Shown here piece after piece: positions 40,221-51,375 of a stretch of DNA of 64,000 bases; positions within the stretch are counted from its first letter, which is position 1, and each line of letters starts with the position of its first letter. The translations under genes and the position numbers were made by a program. The notes beneath the pieces were generated by a model. It made no database searches. It saw only the letters and a program-made list of their open reading frames with translations, and was not told the origin of the DNA. The stretch is from Minisyncoccota bacterium. Its GTDB lineage: Bacteria > Patescibacteriota > Minisyncoccia > Phycocordibacterales > GCA-2401445. The stretch lies in NCBI GenBank assembly GCA_040879725.1, contig JBBDJV010000008.1, positions 17,856-81,855 on the forward strand, in the 5' to 3' direction.

Positions 40221-41492
40221 CTAGTAGCTCTTTAGTTGCTCAGTCATTTCGTGCTGGCGTATTTTTTCATGCGCCTTTGCTTCAATCTGTCTGATACGCT
40301 CACGAGTAACACCGAACTCCTTCCCTACCTCTTCGAGTGTGTGTGTTATTCCATCCATAAGTCCATTTCTCATTTCAAGAATTTTTCGCTCTTTTTCTGA
40401 AAGGTCTGAAAGTACTGTCTTGATTTGATCAGAAAGAATTCTTCGTGATGACTCCTGGTCAGGAGAAAGTATTTTGTCATCAGGAATAAAGTCTCGTAGA
40501 GTAGATTTTGAATCATCGGTATCTTCTCCTACCGGAGCTTCAAGTGATATTGTATCTTGGCTAATTTTTTCAATTGTGTGAATCTTTTCAATCTCAACTC
40601 CCATTTCAATAGCAATCTCATCTGAAAGAGGATCACGGCCAAGGTCTTGAGAAAGACGTCGTACTACCTGCTTGTATTTTGCGATTGTTTCAACCATGTG
40701 TACCGGAATACGAATAGTTCGTGACTGGTCTGCGAGAGCGCGAGTGATAGCCTGTCTTATCCACCACGTTGCATACGTTGAAAACTTGTATCCTTTAGTC
40801 CAGTCAAACTTATCTACCGCTTTGAAAAGACCGAGGTTTCCCTCCTGAATAAGGTCAAGAAGTGTAAGGTCAGGGCTTCTTCCAACATACTTCTTTGCGA
40901 TTGAAACAACAAGACGCAAGTTAGCTCGTGCCAAAAGGTTTTTTGCTTCTATATCCCCCGCAACAATTCGCTTTGCCAACTCTTTTTCTTGAGCTCCGGT
41001 GAGAAGAGAGTATTGTCCTATCCCCTTTAGGTACATCTGAATTGAGTCGTAGGAGCTTTCACTTCGGGTATAGAGATACTTTCCTTGAGGAGCTTCTGGT
41101 TCAATTTCAAGCATATTACCTCCTTCAAGAATATCAATACCACTTGTATGTAAAACCTCATACAGTTCCTCGAGAAAAAGAATATCATCTTCTATAGTAG
41201 GAAACTCCTTTAGGATTTCATCATACGTAACAAACCCTCTTTCCTTTCCTTTGTTCAAAAGTCTATTCAAGTGAAGCCGTCTCTCCTTTTCTTTCTTTGA
41301 AAGTTTTTTAGGCTTAGCCTTTAGGGCTGGCTTTTTAGCTGAAGCGACTTTCTTCTTAACTACCTTCTTTGCTTTCGGCTGTGCTACTTTTTTTGCCGGC
41401 TTTTTGGCTACCTTTTTCTGCACCTTCTTTACCACCTTCTTTTTAGGTGTTGCTTTCTTCGCAACCGCGCTCTTTTTCTTTTTAGTTTTCAT
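40221..41492 (-). CDS. rpoD: RNA polymerase sigma-70 factor with lysine-rich N-terminal tail
   Basis: Regions 2-4 conserved ([39 protein letters not shown]; region 4 HTH); the first ~65 aa are AKK/PKK repeats. Confidence 0.9.
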   Translation of the reverse strand: MKTKKKKSAVAKKATPKKKVVKKVQKKVAKKPAKKVAQPKAKKVVKKKVASAKKPALKAKPKKLSKKEKERRLHLNRLLNKGKERGFVTYDEILKEFPTIEDDILFLEELYEVLHTSGIDILEGGNMLEIEPEAPQGKYLYTRSESSYDSIQMYLKGIGQYSLLTGAQEKELAKRIVAGDIEAKNLLARANLRLVVSIAKKYVGRSPDLTLLDLIQEGNLGLFKAVDKFDWTKGYKFSTYATWWIRQAITRALADQSRTIRIPVHMVETIAKYKQVVRRLSQDLGRDPLSDEIAIEMGVEIEKIHTIEKISQDTISLEAPVGEDTDDSKSTLRDFIPDDKILSPDQESSRRILSDQIKTVLSDLSEKERKILEMRNGLMDGITHTLEEVGKEFGVTRERIRQIEAKAHEKIRQHEMTEQLKSY

Positions 41493-41513
41493 CTTAGTAA
41501 TTAGTTATACACG

Positions 41514-43247
41514 TTAATAAGTATTTTGTGAATGTTTGACCTTTTCTATTTTTTGTGACGTATCCTGTATTTCCGAAAGTAATTTGTTTGCCGTCCTGGT
41601 ATCTTTTTCTGATTCGGCCCTATGTAATTTTTCAAATAGTGTATCTCTGGCTTTCGTTAAATAGAGTATTTGTATTTCTTTTATTAAAACATCTAGTATA
41701 ATCGGCAATTTTTCTTTTTCACTCTCATAAAATAATTCAATGGTAAACAACAAATCCTTTTTATTTAATACGTTTTTCTCTACCTCCTGTAACGAGTCGC
41801 CAAATATTTCTTTGAGTTTAGTATAGGCATTCGGAACATCGACAAGCGGTTGTTGTTTAAGTTTTTGCCATTCGAGTAACGCAACTACGTGTTCGGAGAG
41901 CGCGTCCAAGCGCTTTATTTCTTTTGTTTGCTTATTTTCAGGGTATGCGATTTCAATCTCGGGTAAATCAACTGGAACATTTTGAATTTCGGATGCTATC
42001 GTATCATCATTTACTCCAACAAGAGCATTAGCTGTTTCGTGTATGAAGTATCCTCTCTCAGTCCTTGAATCAATCGACGCTATGAGTGGATACACAATTT
42101 CAGCTATTCTCTTTTGTCGTGCATGACGGTCTTGCTCTTTTTCACTTATTGTATTTATAAAATGTGTAATAACGTGCACTTTATGTTTGAGAATATTCTC
42201 CCACCCTTCTCTTTTTTGTTCGGTAAGTATGTCAGCTGGATCCTTTCCTTCTGGAAGGAATACTGTGTACACCGACAAACCTTTTCTTAGTGCCATTGCG
42301 GAACTTTTAAGTAATGCTTTTTCGCCCGCGCTATCTGAATCGAATGCAAACAAGATTGATTTTGCGAGTCGAGCAATTAGGTTTACTTGTTCATTTGAGA
42401 GCGCTGTACCTGAAAGAGCAATACTGTTCGTAAATCCATACTGATGTGACAGCACAACATCCATCTGCCCTTCCATAATCACAACCTCTTCTTCTTTTCG
42501 GATTGTTTGCTTTGCTAAATCAAACCCAAAGAGGACTTCTGATTTTTTATACAGGTCAGTTTCCGGGCTGTTGATATACTTTGCTGTTGCGTCTTTAGAC
42601 GTTGCGTTGGGAAGTATTCTTCCAGTGAACGCAATCACTCTACCTGCAGGGTCAGCAATAGGAAATATTAAACGCCCACGCAACCGGTCATACGTTTTTC
42701 CTTGGTCATTTTTCTTGGCAATTCCAGCCCGAATGATATCTTCGGGACGATGTTTAGCTTTTTTAGTTAACCAAACATACGCCGTATCCCAACCGCTTGG
42801 AGCGTATCCTATTCTGAAGCGTTCAATAGATTCTTTATTTATCCCTCTCGCTTCCGCGTACTCAAGTGCATCCTTTTTTCTTTTCAAGCTTTCCGAATAC
42901 AGATAGGTAGTATCTTTCATTATCTGAAACAGTCTGTCTCTCAGATCACTTGTATCTTTCCCTTCTTTACTGAGAGTGACTCCCGCGCGCTCCGCTAAGA
43001 TGCGTAGCGCGCCCTTGAAGTCAACTCCTTCCATCTCTGAAACAAACGTGAATATATCTCCACCTTTACCCGAGGAAAAACAGTGGTATAAATTTCTTTC
43101 AGGCGATACGAAAAAGGACGGAGTTTTTTCGTTCGTAAATGGAGATTTACCCTTGTAGTTGGTACCTGATTTTTCTAGAGTAATATACTGACTTACAACA
43201 TCAACTATTGAGAGCTTTTCTTTAATTTGCTCTACTGTTGAATTCAT
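41514..43247 (-). CDS. dnaG: DNA primase
   Basis: Zinc-ribbon KSPFTNEKTPSFFVSPERNLYHCFSSGKGGD, Toprim domain; 577 aa. Confidence 0.9.
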   Translation of the reverse strand: MNSTVEQIKEKLSIVDVVSQYITLEKSGTNYKGKSPFTNEKTPSFFVSPERNLYHCFSSGKGGDIFTFVSEMEGVDFKGALRILAERAGVTLSKEGKDTSDLRDRLFQIMKDTTYLYSESLKRKKDALEYAEARGINKESIERFRIGYAPSGWDTAYVWLTKKAKHRPEDIIRAGIAKKNDQGKTYDRLRGRLIFPIADPAGRVIAFTGRILPNATSKDATAKYINSPETDLYKKSEVLFGFDLAKQTIRKEEEVVIMEGQMDVVLSHQYGFTNSIALSGTALSNEQVNLIARLAKSILFAFDSDSAGEKALLKSSAMALRKGLSVYTVFLPEGKDPADILTEQKREGWENILKHKVHVITHFINTISEKEQDRHARQKRIAEIVYPLIASIDSRTERGYFIHETANALVGVNDDTIASEIQNVPVDLPEIEIAYPENKQTKEIKRLDALSEHVVALLEWQKLKQQPLVDVPNAYTKLKEIFGDSLQEVEKNVLNKKDLLFTIELFYESEKEKLPIILDVLIKEIQILYLTKARDTLFEKLHRAESEKDTRTANKLLSEIQDTSQKIEKVKHSQNTY

Positions 43248-43250
43248 GTG

Positions 43251-46200
43251 TTATTCTTCGTTTTCCTCAGCGTCAGCAGATTGTGCAAACTCCTCTTCTT
43301 CCTCGCGTCGAATCTTTTCAGTAAGTTCATACTTTGGACTTCCTTTGTAACCTGTTCCAGCTGGAATCAAACGTCCGATAATAACATTTTCCATGAGTCC
43401 AGTGAGAGCGTCACTGCTTCCTCGAATAGATGCGTTAATAAGCACCTTGGTTGTGTTTTGGAATGATGCTGCTGAAAGGAAACTCTTTCTGGTAAGGGAT
43501 ACTTCAGAAATACCCATAACCAATTCATCTCCCTTTGCTTCTGCTTTTCCTTCAGCCTTAGCGATTTCATTTTCCTCGACAAAAGCAGCGTTTTCAACAA
43601 TGTCTCCCTGTGAAAGTCGAGTCTCTCCACGATCAGCAACCTTTCTTCGTGAGAACATTTGGCGAACAATTACCTCAATATGCTTTCTTGAGATAGATGC
43701 TCCTTGCAACTCGTAGATCTTACTAATTTCATGAATGATGTACTCCTGAGCCGGAACCTTTCCTCCGTACTTGAATATCTCTTGAATATCAGCAGAACCA
43801 TCAGTGAGCAACTGTCCTTTCTTTACCTTTTCGCCAACACGCACAAGAGGTGTTCTTCTGAAGTTCAGTGCGTACTCAATGTCATTTTTTCCTTTCTTTG
43901 TCTTTCCTTTATCTTCCAAGTCTGGAGTAACTACAATCATTCTTTCTTTACCGGTAGTTCGAACTTCAGAAACAATTCCACTGACTGAGCTTACAATAGC
44001 CGCATTTCGTGGAATTCGTCGCTCAAACACTTCTTCAATACGAGGAAGACCAGCGGTAATATCTCCTCCAACCTGTGCGGTACCTCCTGAGTGGAACGTA
44101 CGCATGGTTAGCTGTGTACCCGGCTCTCCAATAGCTTGTGCTGCAATAGTACCAACAGCTTCACCAAGATGGATTGGCTCATTAGTACCAAGATCCTGTC
44201 CGTAACATTTTTTACAAATACCACGTGGAGTTTTACAGGTAAGCGGAGAAAATACATTTACTTCAGCAATTCCCGCCTTTTCGATTTCAAGAGCGTCAAA
44301 CTTGTTAATGTAATGTCCCTTTTTGAAAAGAGTTGTTCCCTTTTCATCAACAATATCTTCAGCAAGGTATCGTCCGCGAATATTTCGTGACAACGGAATA
44401 TCAATTCCTGACATGTTGTCTCGGCGAACCGCAACACCAGTTTTTGTCTTACAGTCATCTTCAGTTATGATCGCTTCTTGCGCAACAACGAACAATCTTC
44501 GTGTAAGATAACCAGCCTTTGCTGTGTTAAGAGCTGTGTCAGCAAGACCCTTTCGTGATCCGTGAGTAGTAGTAAAGTATTCAATTGGCGTTAGTCCTTC
44601 CTTCATAGAAGAGATAACCGGGTATTCAATCGTTTCTCCCGCGGTGTTTTGAATCAAACCTTTCATACCACCCATTTGAGAAATAGAGTTTAGCGTACCT
44701 CGAGCTCCTGACTTGTACATATCACTTGCAGATCCGTTTGGATCAAGTGAATCCGGAACAAGTGATTCAACCGAGCTTTTCGCTGCGTGCCAGATTTCAA
44801 TATTCTTTCTGTATCGCTCTTCTTCTGAAAGCAATCCTTCGTTGTACTGATTTGTAATTTCTTCTGATTTTGCTCTAGCTTCAGCAACAATCTTTGGCTT
44901 TTCAGAAGGAACAACAATTTCGTCAATTCCCCATGTAATACCGGAACGAGTAGCATACTTAAATCCGAATGACTTTATCTTATCAAGCACCGGCGGAATA
45001 GCGTCAATACCGTACCTGTTGATCAGATCATCAATCAAAGTAGACATTTCCTTTTTGTGTACTTCTTTGTTGATGTATGGGTAGTCTTTTGGAAGCACTG
45101 TGTTGAAAAGAAGTCTTCCTACAGTAGTATCAAAAGCATTTCCTTGATACTCCACATATCGTGGCTTATCTGTTGGAAGTACTTTTATCTTCGCGCGGAA
45201 ACCAACATCACCAAAGTCATACGCAGTAATAGCATCATTTGGTGTAGCAAAGTACTTACCTTCTCCCTTATCTCCATCAACTTCTTTAGTCATCCAGTAT
45301 GAACCAAGAACGATGTCCAATTTTGGAGAAACGATTGATTCACCGTTTCCTGGACCGAGGAGGTTCTTATTAGAAGCCATGATGTTCTTTGCTTCTGCTT
45401 GAGCTTCTCGTGAAAGAGGAACATGAACTGCCATCTGGTCACCGTCGAAGTCTGCGTTAAACGCTGTACATACGAGTGGGTGAACTTGGATTGCATTTCC
45501 TTCTATCAGAATAGGTTGGAATGCTTGAATACCGAGTCTGTGAAGTGTTGGCGCTCGGTTAAGAAGTACATGCTTGTCCTTGATAACTTCTTCCAAAATT
45601 GCCCAGACCTCATCACGTCCATCATCAATCAACTTTCCTGCTCCTCGAATGTTGAACGCAAGCTCTCTTTTTAGAAGTCCCGCAATAACAAATGGTCGAA
45701 AGAGCTCAAGAGCCATATGTTTTGGCAAACCACATTGGTTAAGACGTAGTTCAGGACCAACCACAATCACTGAACGTCCAGAATAGTCTACTCGCTTTCC
45801 GAGTAGGTTTTGTCGTAGAAGTCCCTGCTTACCCTTGAGGTTGTCTGAGAGTGACTTAAGTGGTCGGCGCTGTGCCTGGCTCATTGCTGAAAACATTGCG
45901 TTTCCATGTCGAATTGAATTATCAATAAGCGCGTCTACCGCTTCTTGTAGAATTCTTTTTTCGTTTCGTAGAATTACGTCAGGAGCGTTTATATCCACCA
46001 ACTTCTTAAGACGGTTATTTCTGTTTAGTACACGTCGATAAAGGTCGTTTACGTCTGAGGTGGCGTGTCGTCCACCAACAAGAGCAACCATAGGACGAAG
46101 TCCTGGTGGGATAACTGGTATATTCGTAAGGAACATCCACTCTGGACGAACTCCGGTGTTTACCATCGCCTTAATTACAGAAAGTCGACGATTCAATTTT

Positions 46201-46949
46201 ACTCTTTCCACTGCTCCAACTTTTTGAATTTGTTCTGCAAGTGAATCAGCAAGCTTTTTCAAGTCAAGCTTTTTGAATATTTCGTGTATTGCTTCAGCTC
46301 CAATTCCTGCTTCAAAGATTGTTCCATATTTCATTGAGAACTTGTGATACTGAACTTCATCCAATACCGCTCCTTCCACGATTGAATCTACCTCCTTCTT
46401 TGCATTTTGAAGTAGTTCCTTTAGCTTTTCTTTTGAACGTTCATCTTGGAGTGTTTTTACTTTTGATTTGTACTCACTGTCAATTTCACGAAGCACTCTT
46501 TCTTTTTCAGACTGAACAACACTGGTTACGATATAACCGGCAAAGTAAATTACTCGCTCAAGGTCAGCGGTGTTGAGCCCTAGGATCATTCCAATTCGTG
46601 AAGGAACACCTCGAAGGAACCAAATATGTGATACTGGTGTAGCGAGTGTAATATGTCCCATTCTTTCTCGACGAACTATAGATCGAGTTATCTCCACTCC
46701 ACACTTTTCACAAACGATGTTCTTGTACCTGATACCTCGGTACTTACCACAGTAACACTCAAAGTCTTTTTCAGGACCGAATATTTTCTCGTCAAATAGT
46801 CCTCCCTTTTCACTTCTCTGTGTACGGTAGTTTATTGTTTCTGGTTTTGTTACTTCACCATGTGACCAATCCAAGATTCTGTCTGGTGATGCAAGACGAA
46901 GGGAAAGTTTTTCAAACGTATTTCCTTGTTCCATTGTTTTCTTTTGCAT
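43251..46949 (-). CDS. rpoC: DNA-directed RNA polymerase subunit beta'
   Basis: 1232 aa; zinc-binding CxxC N-terminus, NADFDGD active site, bridge helix and trigger loop regions. Confidence 0.95.
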   Translation of the reverse strand: MQKKTMEQGNTFEKLSLRLASPDRILDWSHGEVTKPETINYRTQRSEKGGLFDEKIFGPEKDFECYCGKYRGIRYKNIVCEKCGVEITRSIVRRERMGHITLATPVSHIWFLRGVPSRIGMILGLNTADLERVIYFAGYIVTSVVQSEKERVLREIDSEYKSKVKTLQDERSKEKLKELLQNAKKEVDSIVEGAVLDEVQYHKFSMKYGTIFEAGIGAEAIHEIFKKLDLKKLADSLAEQIQKVGAVERVKLNRRLSVIKAMVNTGVRPEWMFLTNIPVIPPGLRPMVALVGGRHATSDVNDLYRRVLNRNNRLKKLVDINAPDVILRNEKRILQEAVDALIDNSIRHGNAMFSAMSQAQRRPLKSLSDNLKGKQGLLRQNLLGKRVDYSGRSVIVVGPELRLNQCGLPKHMALELFRPFVIAGLLKRELAFNIRGAGKLIDDGRDEVWAILEEVIKDKHVLLNRAPTLHRLGIQAFQPILIEGNAIQVHPLVCTAFNADFDGDQMAVHVPLSREAQAEAKNIMASNKNLLGPGNGESIVSPKLDIVLGSYWMTKEVDGDKGEGKYFATPNDAITAYDFGDVGFRAKIKVLPTDKPRYVEYQGNAFDTTVGRLLFNTVLPKDYPYINKEVHKKEMSTLIDDLINRYGIDAIPPVLDKIKSFGFKYATRSGITWGIDEIVVPSEKPKIVAEARAKSEEITNQYNEGLLSEEERYRKNIEIWHAAKSSVESLVPDSLDPNGSASDMYKSGARGTLNSISQMGGMKGLIQNTAGETIEYPVISSMKEGLTPIEYFTTTHGSRKGLADTALNTAKAGYLTRRLFVVAQEAIITEDDCKTKTGVAVRRDNMSGIDIPLSRNIRGRYLAEDIVDEKGTTLFKKGHYINKFDALEIEKAGIAEVNVFSPLTCKTPRGICKKCYGQDLGTNEPIHLGEAVGTIAAQAIGEPGTQLTMRTFHSGGTAQVGGDITAGLPRIEEVFERRIPRNAAIVSSVSGIVSEVRTTGKERMIVVTPDLEDKGKTKKGKNDIEYALNFRRTPLVRVGEKVKKGQLLTDGSADIQEIFKYGGKVPAQEYIIHEISKIYELQGASISRKHIEVIVRQMFSRRKVADRGETRLSQGDIVENAAFVEENEIAKAEGKAEAKGDELVMGISEVSLTRKSFLSAASFQNTTKVLINASIRGSSDALTGLMENVIIGRLIPAGTGYKGSPKYELTEKIRREEEEEFAQSADAEENEE

Positions 46950-46969
46950 GATAGTTTTATTTTTTACTA

Positions 46970-49900
46970 CTATTTAGTTTCAATTCCCTTCGGTTGCACA
47001 AGTTCGACATCAAGTGCTAGTCCTCTTAGGTTGTTAAGAAGTATGTTGAATGACGCTGGAATATTCGGTTGGTCAATCGGTGCGCCACGTACTATTGAGT
47101 CAAAAGCAGCGGATCGTCCGACAATGTCGTCAGACTTGATAGTTAGAATTTCTCGTAGTGTATACGCCGCTCCATATCCCAAAAGCGCCCAGACTTCCAT
47201 TTCTCCGAATCTCTGTCCTCCACCTTGAGCTTTTCCTCCAAGTGGTTGCTGTGTGATAAGTGAGTACGGTCCGATAGATCGCATGTGGATCTTGTCTTCC
47301 ACCATGTGGTGAAGTTTCAAGATGTACATGTAACCCACCGCGCTCTTTTGGTGGAAAGCTTCTCCGGTTCGTCCATCAAGAAGCTGAATCTTTCCATCTC
47401 GTGGATATCCTGCTTTTTCTAGTTCATCTTTTATTTCTGTATCTGTTGCACCTTCGAAAGCTGGAACGATTGCTTGGTAGTTAAGGGTATGAGCCGCAAG
47501 ACCAAGATGCATTTCAAGAATCTGCCCAAGGTTCATACGTGATGGAACTCCAAGTGGTGTAAGAAGAATATCTACCGGTGTTCCGTCTGGCATGTAAGGC
47601 ATATCCTCTTCTGGAAGAATTTTAGAAATAACACCTTTGTTTCCGTGTCTTCCCGCAAGCTTGTCTCCAACGCTGATTGAACGCAGTTGAGCTACTTGGA
47701 TATAAATCTTCTTAATAACACCACTTTCCAAATCATCTCCCTTTTCTCGAGAGAATACTTTAACGTCAATAATACGTCCCTCTTTACCGTTTGGCATGCG
47801 TAGAGATGAATCCTTAACATCTCTTGCCTTCTCACCGAAGATTGAGCGAAGAAGTCTCTCTTCCGGAGTTAGTTGAGTCTCACCCTTTGGAGTAATTTTT
47901 CCGACAAGAATATCACCTGCGCGAACCTCAGCTCCGATACGAACGATTCCGTCTTCATCAATGTTTTTAAGTTTAGACTCACCAACGTTTGGAATATCGT
48001 GTGTTGTTACTTCTGGACCAAGCTTTGTATCGTGAACGTTAACCGAAAATTCGTCGATGTGAATAGAAGTAAACTTGCTGTTTTTTACCAATCTGCTTGA
48101 AAGGATAATAGCGTCTTCGTAGTTACTTCCAGACCATGACATGAATGCAACAAGAGCATTTTGTCCCACTGCAATTTGTCCTCTATCTGAAGAAGATGTG
48201 TCAGCCAACAAATCTCCCTTTTTAACTTTTTGGTTCAGGTCAACAGCTGGTCGGTGATGGTATGCAGTAAAGCCGTTTGAACGTGTAAATGTAATCAGCT
48301 TGTATTCTGTTTCCTTTTTCTTTTCGTTTGTAACAATAATCTTTCCTGCATCTACATATGTTACAACTCCAGCTTCTTCAGCATATACAAGTCTACCGAT
48401 ATCTCGAGCACCTTGCTCTTCAATTCCTGTAGCTACAAGTGGTGCTTCAGGGTTGATACAAGGAGTAGCCTGCTTTTGCATGTTTGAACCCATGAGTGCT
48501 CGGTTTGCGTCGTCGTGGTTCAAGAATGGAATTGTAGAAGTAGCAACAGAGAAAGCCTGGTTTGCGGCAACATCAATAAACTGTACCTGGTCTCTTGTAG
48601 CAACAGAACGGTTTCCGTTTACACGAACTTCAATAGTGTCTCCAACTATTCTATTATCCTTGTCTTTTTCTATAGCGGCATGAGCGATAATGTACTGCTC
48701 TTCTTCAAGGGCATTGAGGTACACTATTTCATTTGTAATTTTTCCACCTACTACTTTCGCATACGGTGTTTCAATAATTCCAAATTCGTTAAGTTTTGCG
48801 TAAGTAGACAAGCGAAGAATCAAACCAATGTTTGGTCCTTCAGGAGTGTGGATAGGACATACACGACCATAGTGACTTGGGTGCACGTCACGAACCTCAA
48901 TACCTGCTCTTTCTCGCTCCAAACCTCCAGGTCCGAGAGCTGAAAGTGTTCGCAAGTGTTCAAGCTCAGCAAGAATATTTTCTTGGTTCATAAACTGAGC
49001 AAGCTGGTTTGTTGTGAAGAATTCTTTTATTCGCGCCTGAAGAGGACGAGGGTTTACAAACTGAACCGGGAGAGTAGCGTCGATGTCTATAGTAGACATT
49101 CTGTCTTGGATATTTCGCTTCATGTGTGACATACCAACTCGAAGCTTTTGTTGCATCATTTCACCAACGTATCTAACGCGTCGTGATCCAAGGTGATCGA
49201 TGTCGTCTGGGAGAGAGTGAGGAGTGTTGTTCAAATGAACAATGTGCTTTGTAATAATAGCAATATCTTCAAGTGTAATAGTTCTCTTTTCAACCGCCTT
49301 TCCTGTTACCGGAAGGTTAAATCGCTTGTTGAAACGGAACCGTCCTACATTTGAAAGGTCATATCGTTCTTCTGAGAAAATAGAATCAATAAACTCACGA
49401 GCATTCTCAGGAGTTGCGAGGTCTCCATCACGAAGCTTCTTGTGAATTTCAATGTATGCTCCTTCTACTGTTTTTGCAGTATCAATTTCAATAGTTTTCT
49501 TTATTACTTCTTCTGTTTCTTCGTTACCTTTGAACAGAGCAAGTATCTCTTTCTCATCTTTTGCGCCAAGAGCTTTAAGAAGTGAAGTCAGAGGGAACTT
49601 TCGTTTTCGGTCAATTCGAACATACAGTGCTCCATCCGCATCGCTTTCAAGCTCAATCCAAGCTCCTCGAGATGGGATTATTTTCGCACCGAAAAGTCGC
49701 TTACCCTTTGCTTCTTGCATGGTAAACGAAACTCCGAATGAACGGATAAGCTGTGGAACAATAACTCGCTCAACGCCGTTGATAACAAATGTTCCATTTT
49801 TTGTCATTATAGGAAAATCAGTAAGGAAAATCTTCTGTTCCTTTTCTGTTCCCTTTAGCTTGTTGCGCAAAATAATGCTTGCCTTTAGCGGAGCGTCATA

Positions 49901-50134
49901 CGTAAGCTTGTTAGCCTTTGCGTAGTGAACGTCAAACTTTGGCTCACCAATTTCAAACGTATCAAAAGAAAGTTCAAACTTCTTTCCTGAATAATCTGCA
50001 ATTGGAGAAAATTCTTTAAAAATTTCCTTCAATCCCTCTTTCAATACCCAATCAAATGATTGGAGTTGGTCCTGAATCAAGTTCGGGACCGGCACTAACG
50101 GTTTTGAGTACCGTGAAAAATACTTTTTTTCCAT
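46970..50134 (-). CDS. rpoB: DNA-directed RNA polymerase subunit beta
   Basis: 1054 aa; conserved beta regions including the Rif cluster and the C-terminal GGQRFGEMEVWAL. Confidence 0.95.
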   Translation of the reverse strand: MEKKYFSRYSKPLVPVPNLIQDQLQSFDWVLKEGLKEIFKEFSPIADYSGKKFELSFDTFEIGEPKFDVHYAKANKLTYDAPLKASIILRNKLKGTEKEQKIFLTDFPIMTKNGTFVINGVERVIVPQLIRSFGVSFTMQEAKGKRLFGAKIIPSRGAWIELESDADGALYVRIDRKRKFPLTSLLKALGAKDEKEILALFKGNEETEEVIKKTIEIDTAKTVEGAYIEIHKKLRDGDLATPENAREFIDSIFSEERYDLSNVGRFRFNKRFNLPVTGKAVEKRTITLEDIAIITKHIVHLNNTPHSLPDDIDHLGSRRVRYVGEMMQQKLRVGMSHMKRNIQDRMSTIDIDATLPVQFVNPRPLQARIKEFFTTNQLAQFMNQENILAELEHLRTLSALGPGGLERERAGIEVRDVHPSHYGRVCPIHTPEGPNIGLILRLSTYAKLNEFGIIETPYAKVVGGKITNEIVYLNALEEEQYIIAHAAIEKDKDNRIVGDTIEVRVNGNRSVATRDQVQFIDVAANQAFSVATSTIPFLNHDDANRALMGSNMQKQATPCINPEAPLVATGIEEQGARDIGRLVYAEEAGVVTYVDAGKIIVTNEKKKETEYKLITFTRSNGFTAYHHRPAVDLNQKVKKGDLLADTSSSDRGQIAVGQNALVAFMSWSGSNYEDAIILSSRLVKNSKFTSIHIDEFSVNVHDTKLGPEVTTHDIPNVGESKLKNIDEDGIVRIGAEVRAGDILVGKITPKGETQLTPEERLLRSIFGEKARDVKDSSLRMPNGKEGRIIDVKVFSREKGDDLESGVIKKIYIQVAQLRSISVGDKLAGRHGNKGVISKILPEEDMPYMPDGTPVDILLTPLGVPSRMNLGQILEMHLGLAAHTLNYQAIVPAFEGATDTEIKDELEKAGYPRDGKIQLLDGRTGEAFHQKSAVGYMYILKLHHMVEDKIHMRSIGPYSLITQQPLGGKAQGGGQRFGEMEVWALLGYGAAYTLREILTIKSDDIVGRSAAFDSIVRGAPIDQPNIPASFNILLNNLRGLALDVELVQPKGIETK

Positions 50135-50343
50135 GAGTATTTCTTATATTATGTATATGAACACAGCAATAAAGAGGACTCTCCCGTGTCCTCTTGCGAA
50201 TATTGTTTTAATTCGTGATGTGTTGCAAAATACGACGCTATTAAAGTGTGTAACACCTACAATTCCTCTCGCAACTCAATCTAGTGTAGTTGGGCGTTAT
50301 TTTACTCGTATTTGAGAAATTGTCAAGTATAGTGTGGATAATA

Positions 50344-51006
50344 TTACTTTTTCTTATTTTTAGCCCTATAGAGAGCTATATCCTTGTGGTTACCAGAAAG
50401 AAGTACAGTAGGCACCTTGTACTTCTTCCCTTTTTCAGTAAATACTTCAGGTCTGGTATAGCATTCTCCATTTGTAACTCTTTTATCTTCGAGTGACTCT
50501 TCGTTTCCAAGCGCACCATCTATTTGCCTTACTGTTGCATCAAGGATTATCAAAGCAGGCAATTCTCCTCCGGTAAGCACATAGTCACCAACAGAAGCCT
50601 CTTTTGCTTTTAAAATTTTTTTCACTCGAGCATCTATCCCTTCATAGTGTCCGGCAATTATAACAATATGCTTATACTTTTTTGCAAATGTATTCGCTGT
50701 GTCATTTGTAAACTGCTCTCCTCTTGGAGAAGTTATGAGTATCAAAACATTTTTCTTTCTCTGAATAATTTTCTTAACGACAGTTAGGATTGGCTGTATG
50801 GTCATTACCATTCCCGGACCTCCTCCATACGGCTTTCCGTCTACCTTCCTGTGTTTGTCAGTAGAATACTCTCTCACATTATAAAGTGATACCGTAGCCT
50901 TTTTTTCTTTTTGAGCACGCCACATCATTGATGAGTTTACATACGGCTCAAAGACTTCTGGAAATATTGATATTAAGTGAAAGTGAATCATATAAAAACG
51001 TGGCAC
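50344..51006 (-). CDS. trmD: tRNA (guanine37-N1)-methyltransferase
   Basis: MIHFHLISIFPE...YGGGPGMVM, the SPOUT knot motifs of TrmD. Confidence 0.9.
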   Translation of the reverse strand: MPRFYMIHFHLISIFPEVFEPYVNSSMMWRAQKEKKATVSLYNVREYSTDKHRKVDGKPYGGGPGMVMTIQPILTVVKKIIQRKKNVLILITSPRGEQFTNDTANTFAKKYKHIVIIAGHYEGIDARVKKILKAKEASVGDYVLTGGELPALIILDATVRQIDGALGNEESLEDKRVTNGECYTRPEVFTEKGKKYKVPTVLLSGNHKDIALYRAKNKKK

Positions 51007-51045
51007 AAATGTACCACGTTTTTTATATTTTGTCTATTTGTTTTA

Positions 51046-51375
51046 CTAGTCTAGCTTTAGTTCATCCATAGCTTCATCAACCGTCTTTGAAGCGTGTGTC
51101 GATGGTGCGCTTGGCGCCGGTCGACTTCCTCCTTCTGGTTCATTAATTTTTAGGTTAACGCGAGCGTTGTTTTTCATACCAACTACTCGAAGAAGTGTAC
51201 GGATTGCTTTTGCAGTGTTTCCTGATCTTCCGATGATTTTTCCCATATCCTCTGGATTTACGTCCAAGGTAATAAGAACGCCCATTTCATCTACAACTCG
51301 GTTTAGTTTTACGTCGCTCGGGTTATCAACAAGTGCCTTCACTACGTAGTCTAGAAATTCAATATCTTTCTCCAT
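51046..51375 (-). CDS. KH-domain RNA-binding protein (YlqC/UPF0109 family) with C-terminal extension
   Basis: GKIIGRSGNTAKAIRTLL is the GxxG KH loop; conserved rpsP-KH-trmD neighbourhood. Confidence 0.8.
   Translation of the reverse strand: MEKDIEFLDYVVKALVDNPSDVKLNRVVDEMGVLITLDVNPEDMGKIIGRSGNTAKAIRTLLRVVGMKNNARVNLKINEPEGGSRPAPSAPSTHASKTVDEAMDELKLD

Noticed and set aside
43300-50100. Many 60-160-aa ORFs antisense or out of frame within rpoB/rpoC (e.g. 48515-48943, 43804-44205), the ntp genes and dnaE
   Set aside because: They overlap strongly supported conserved genes. They have low-complexity, Ser/Cys-rich composition typical of spurious frames.
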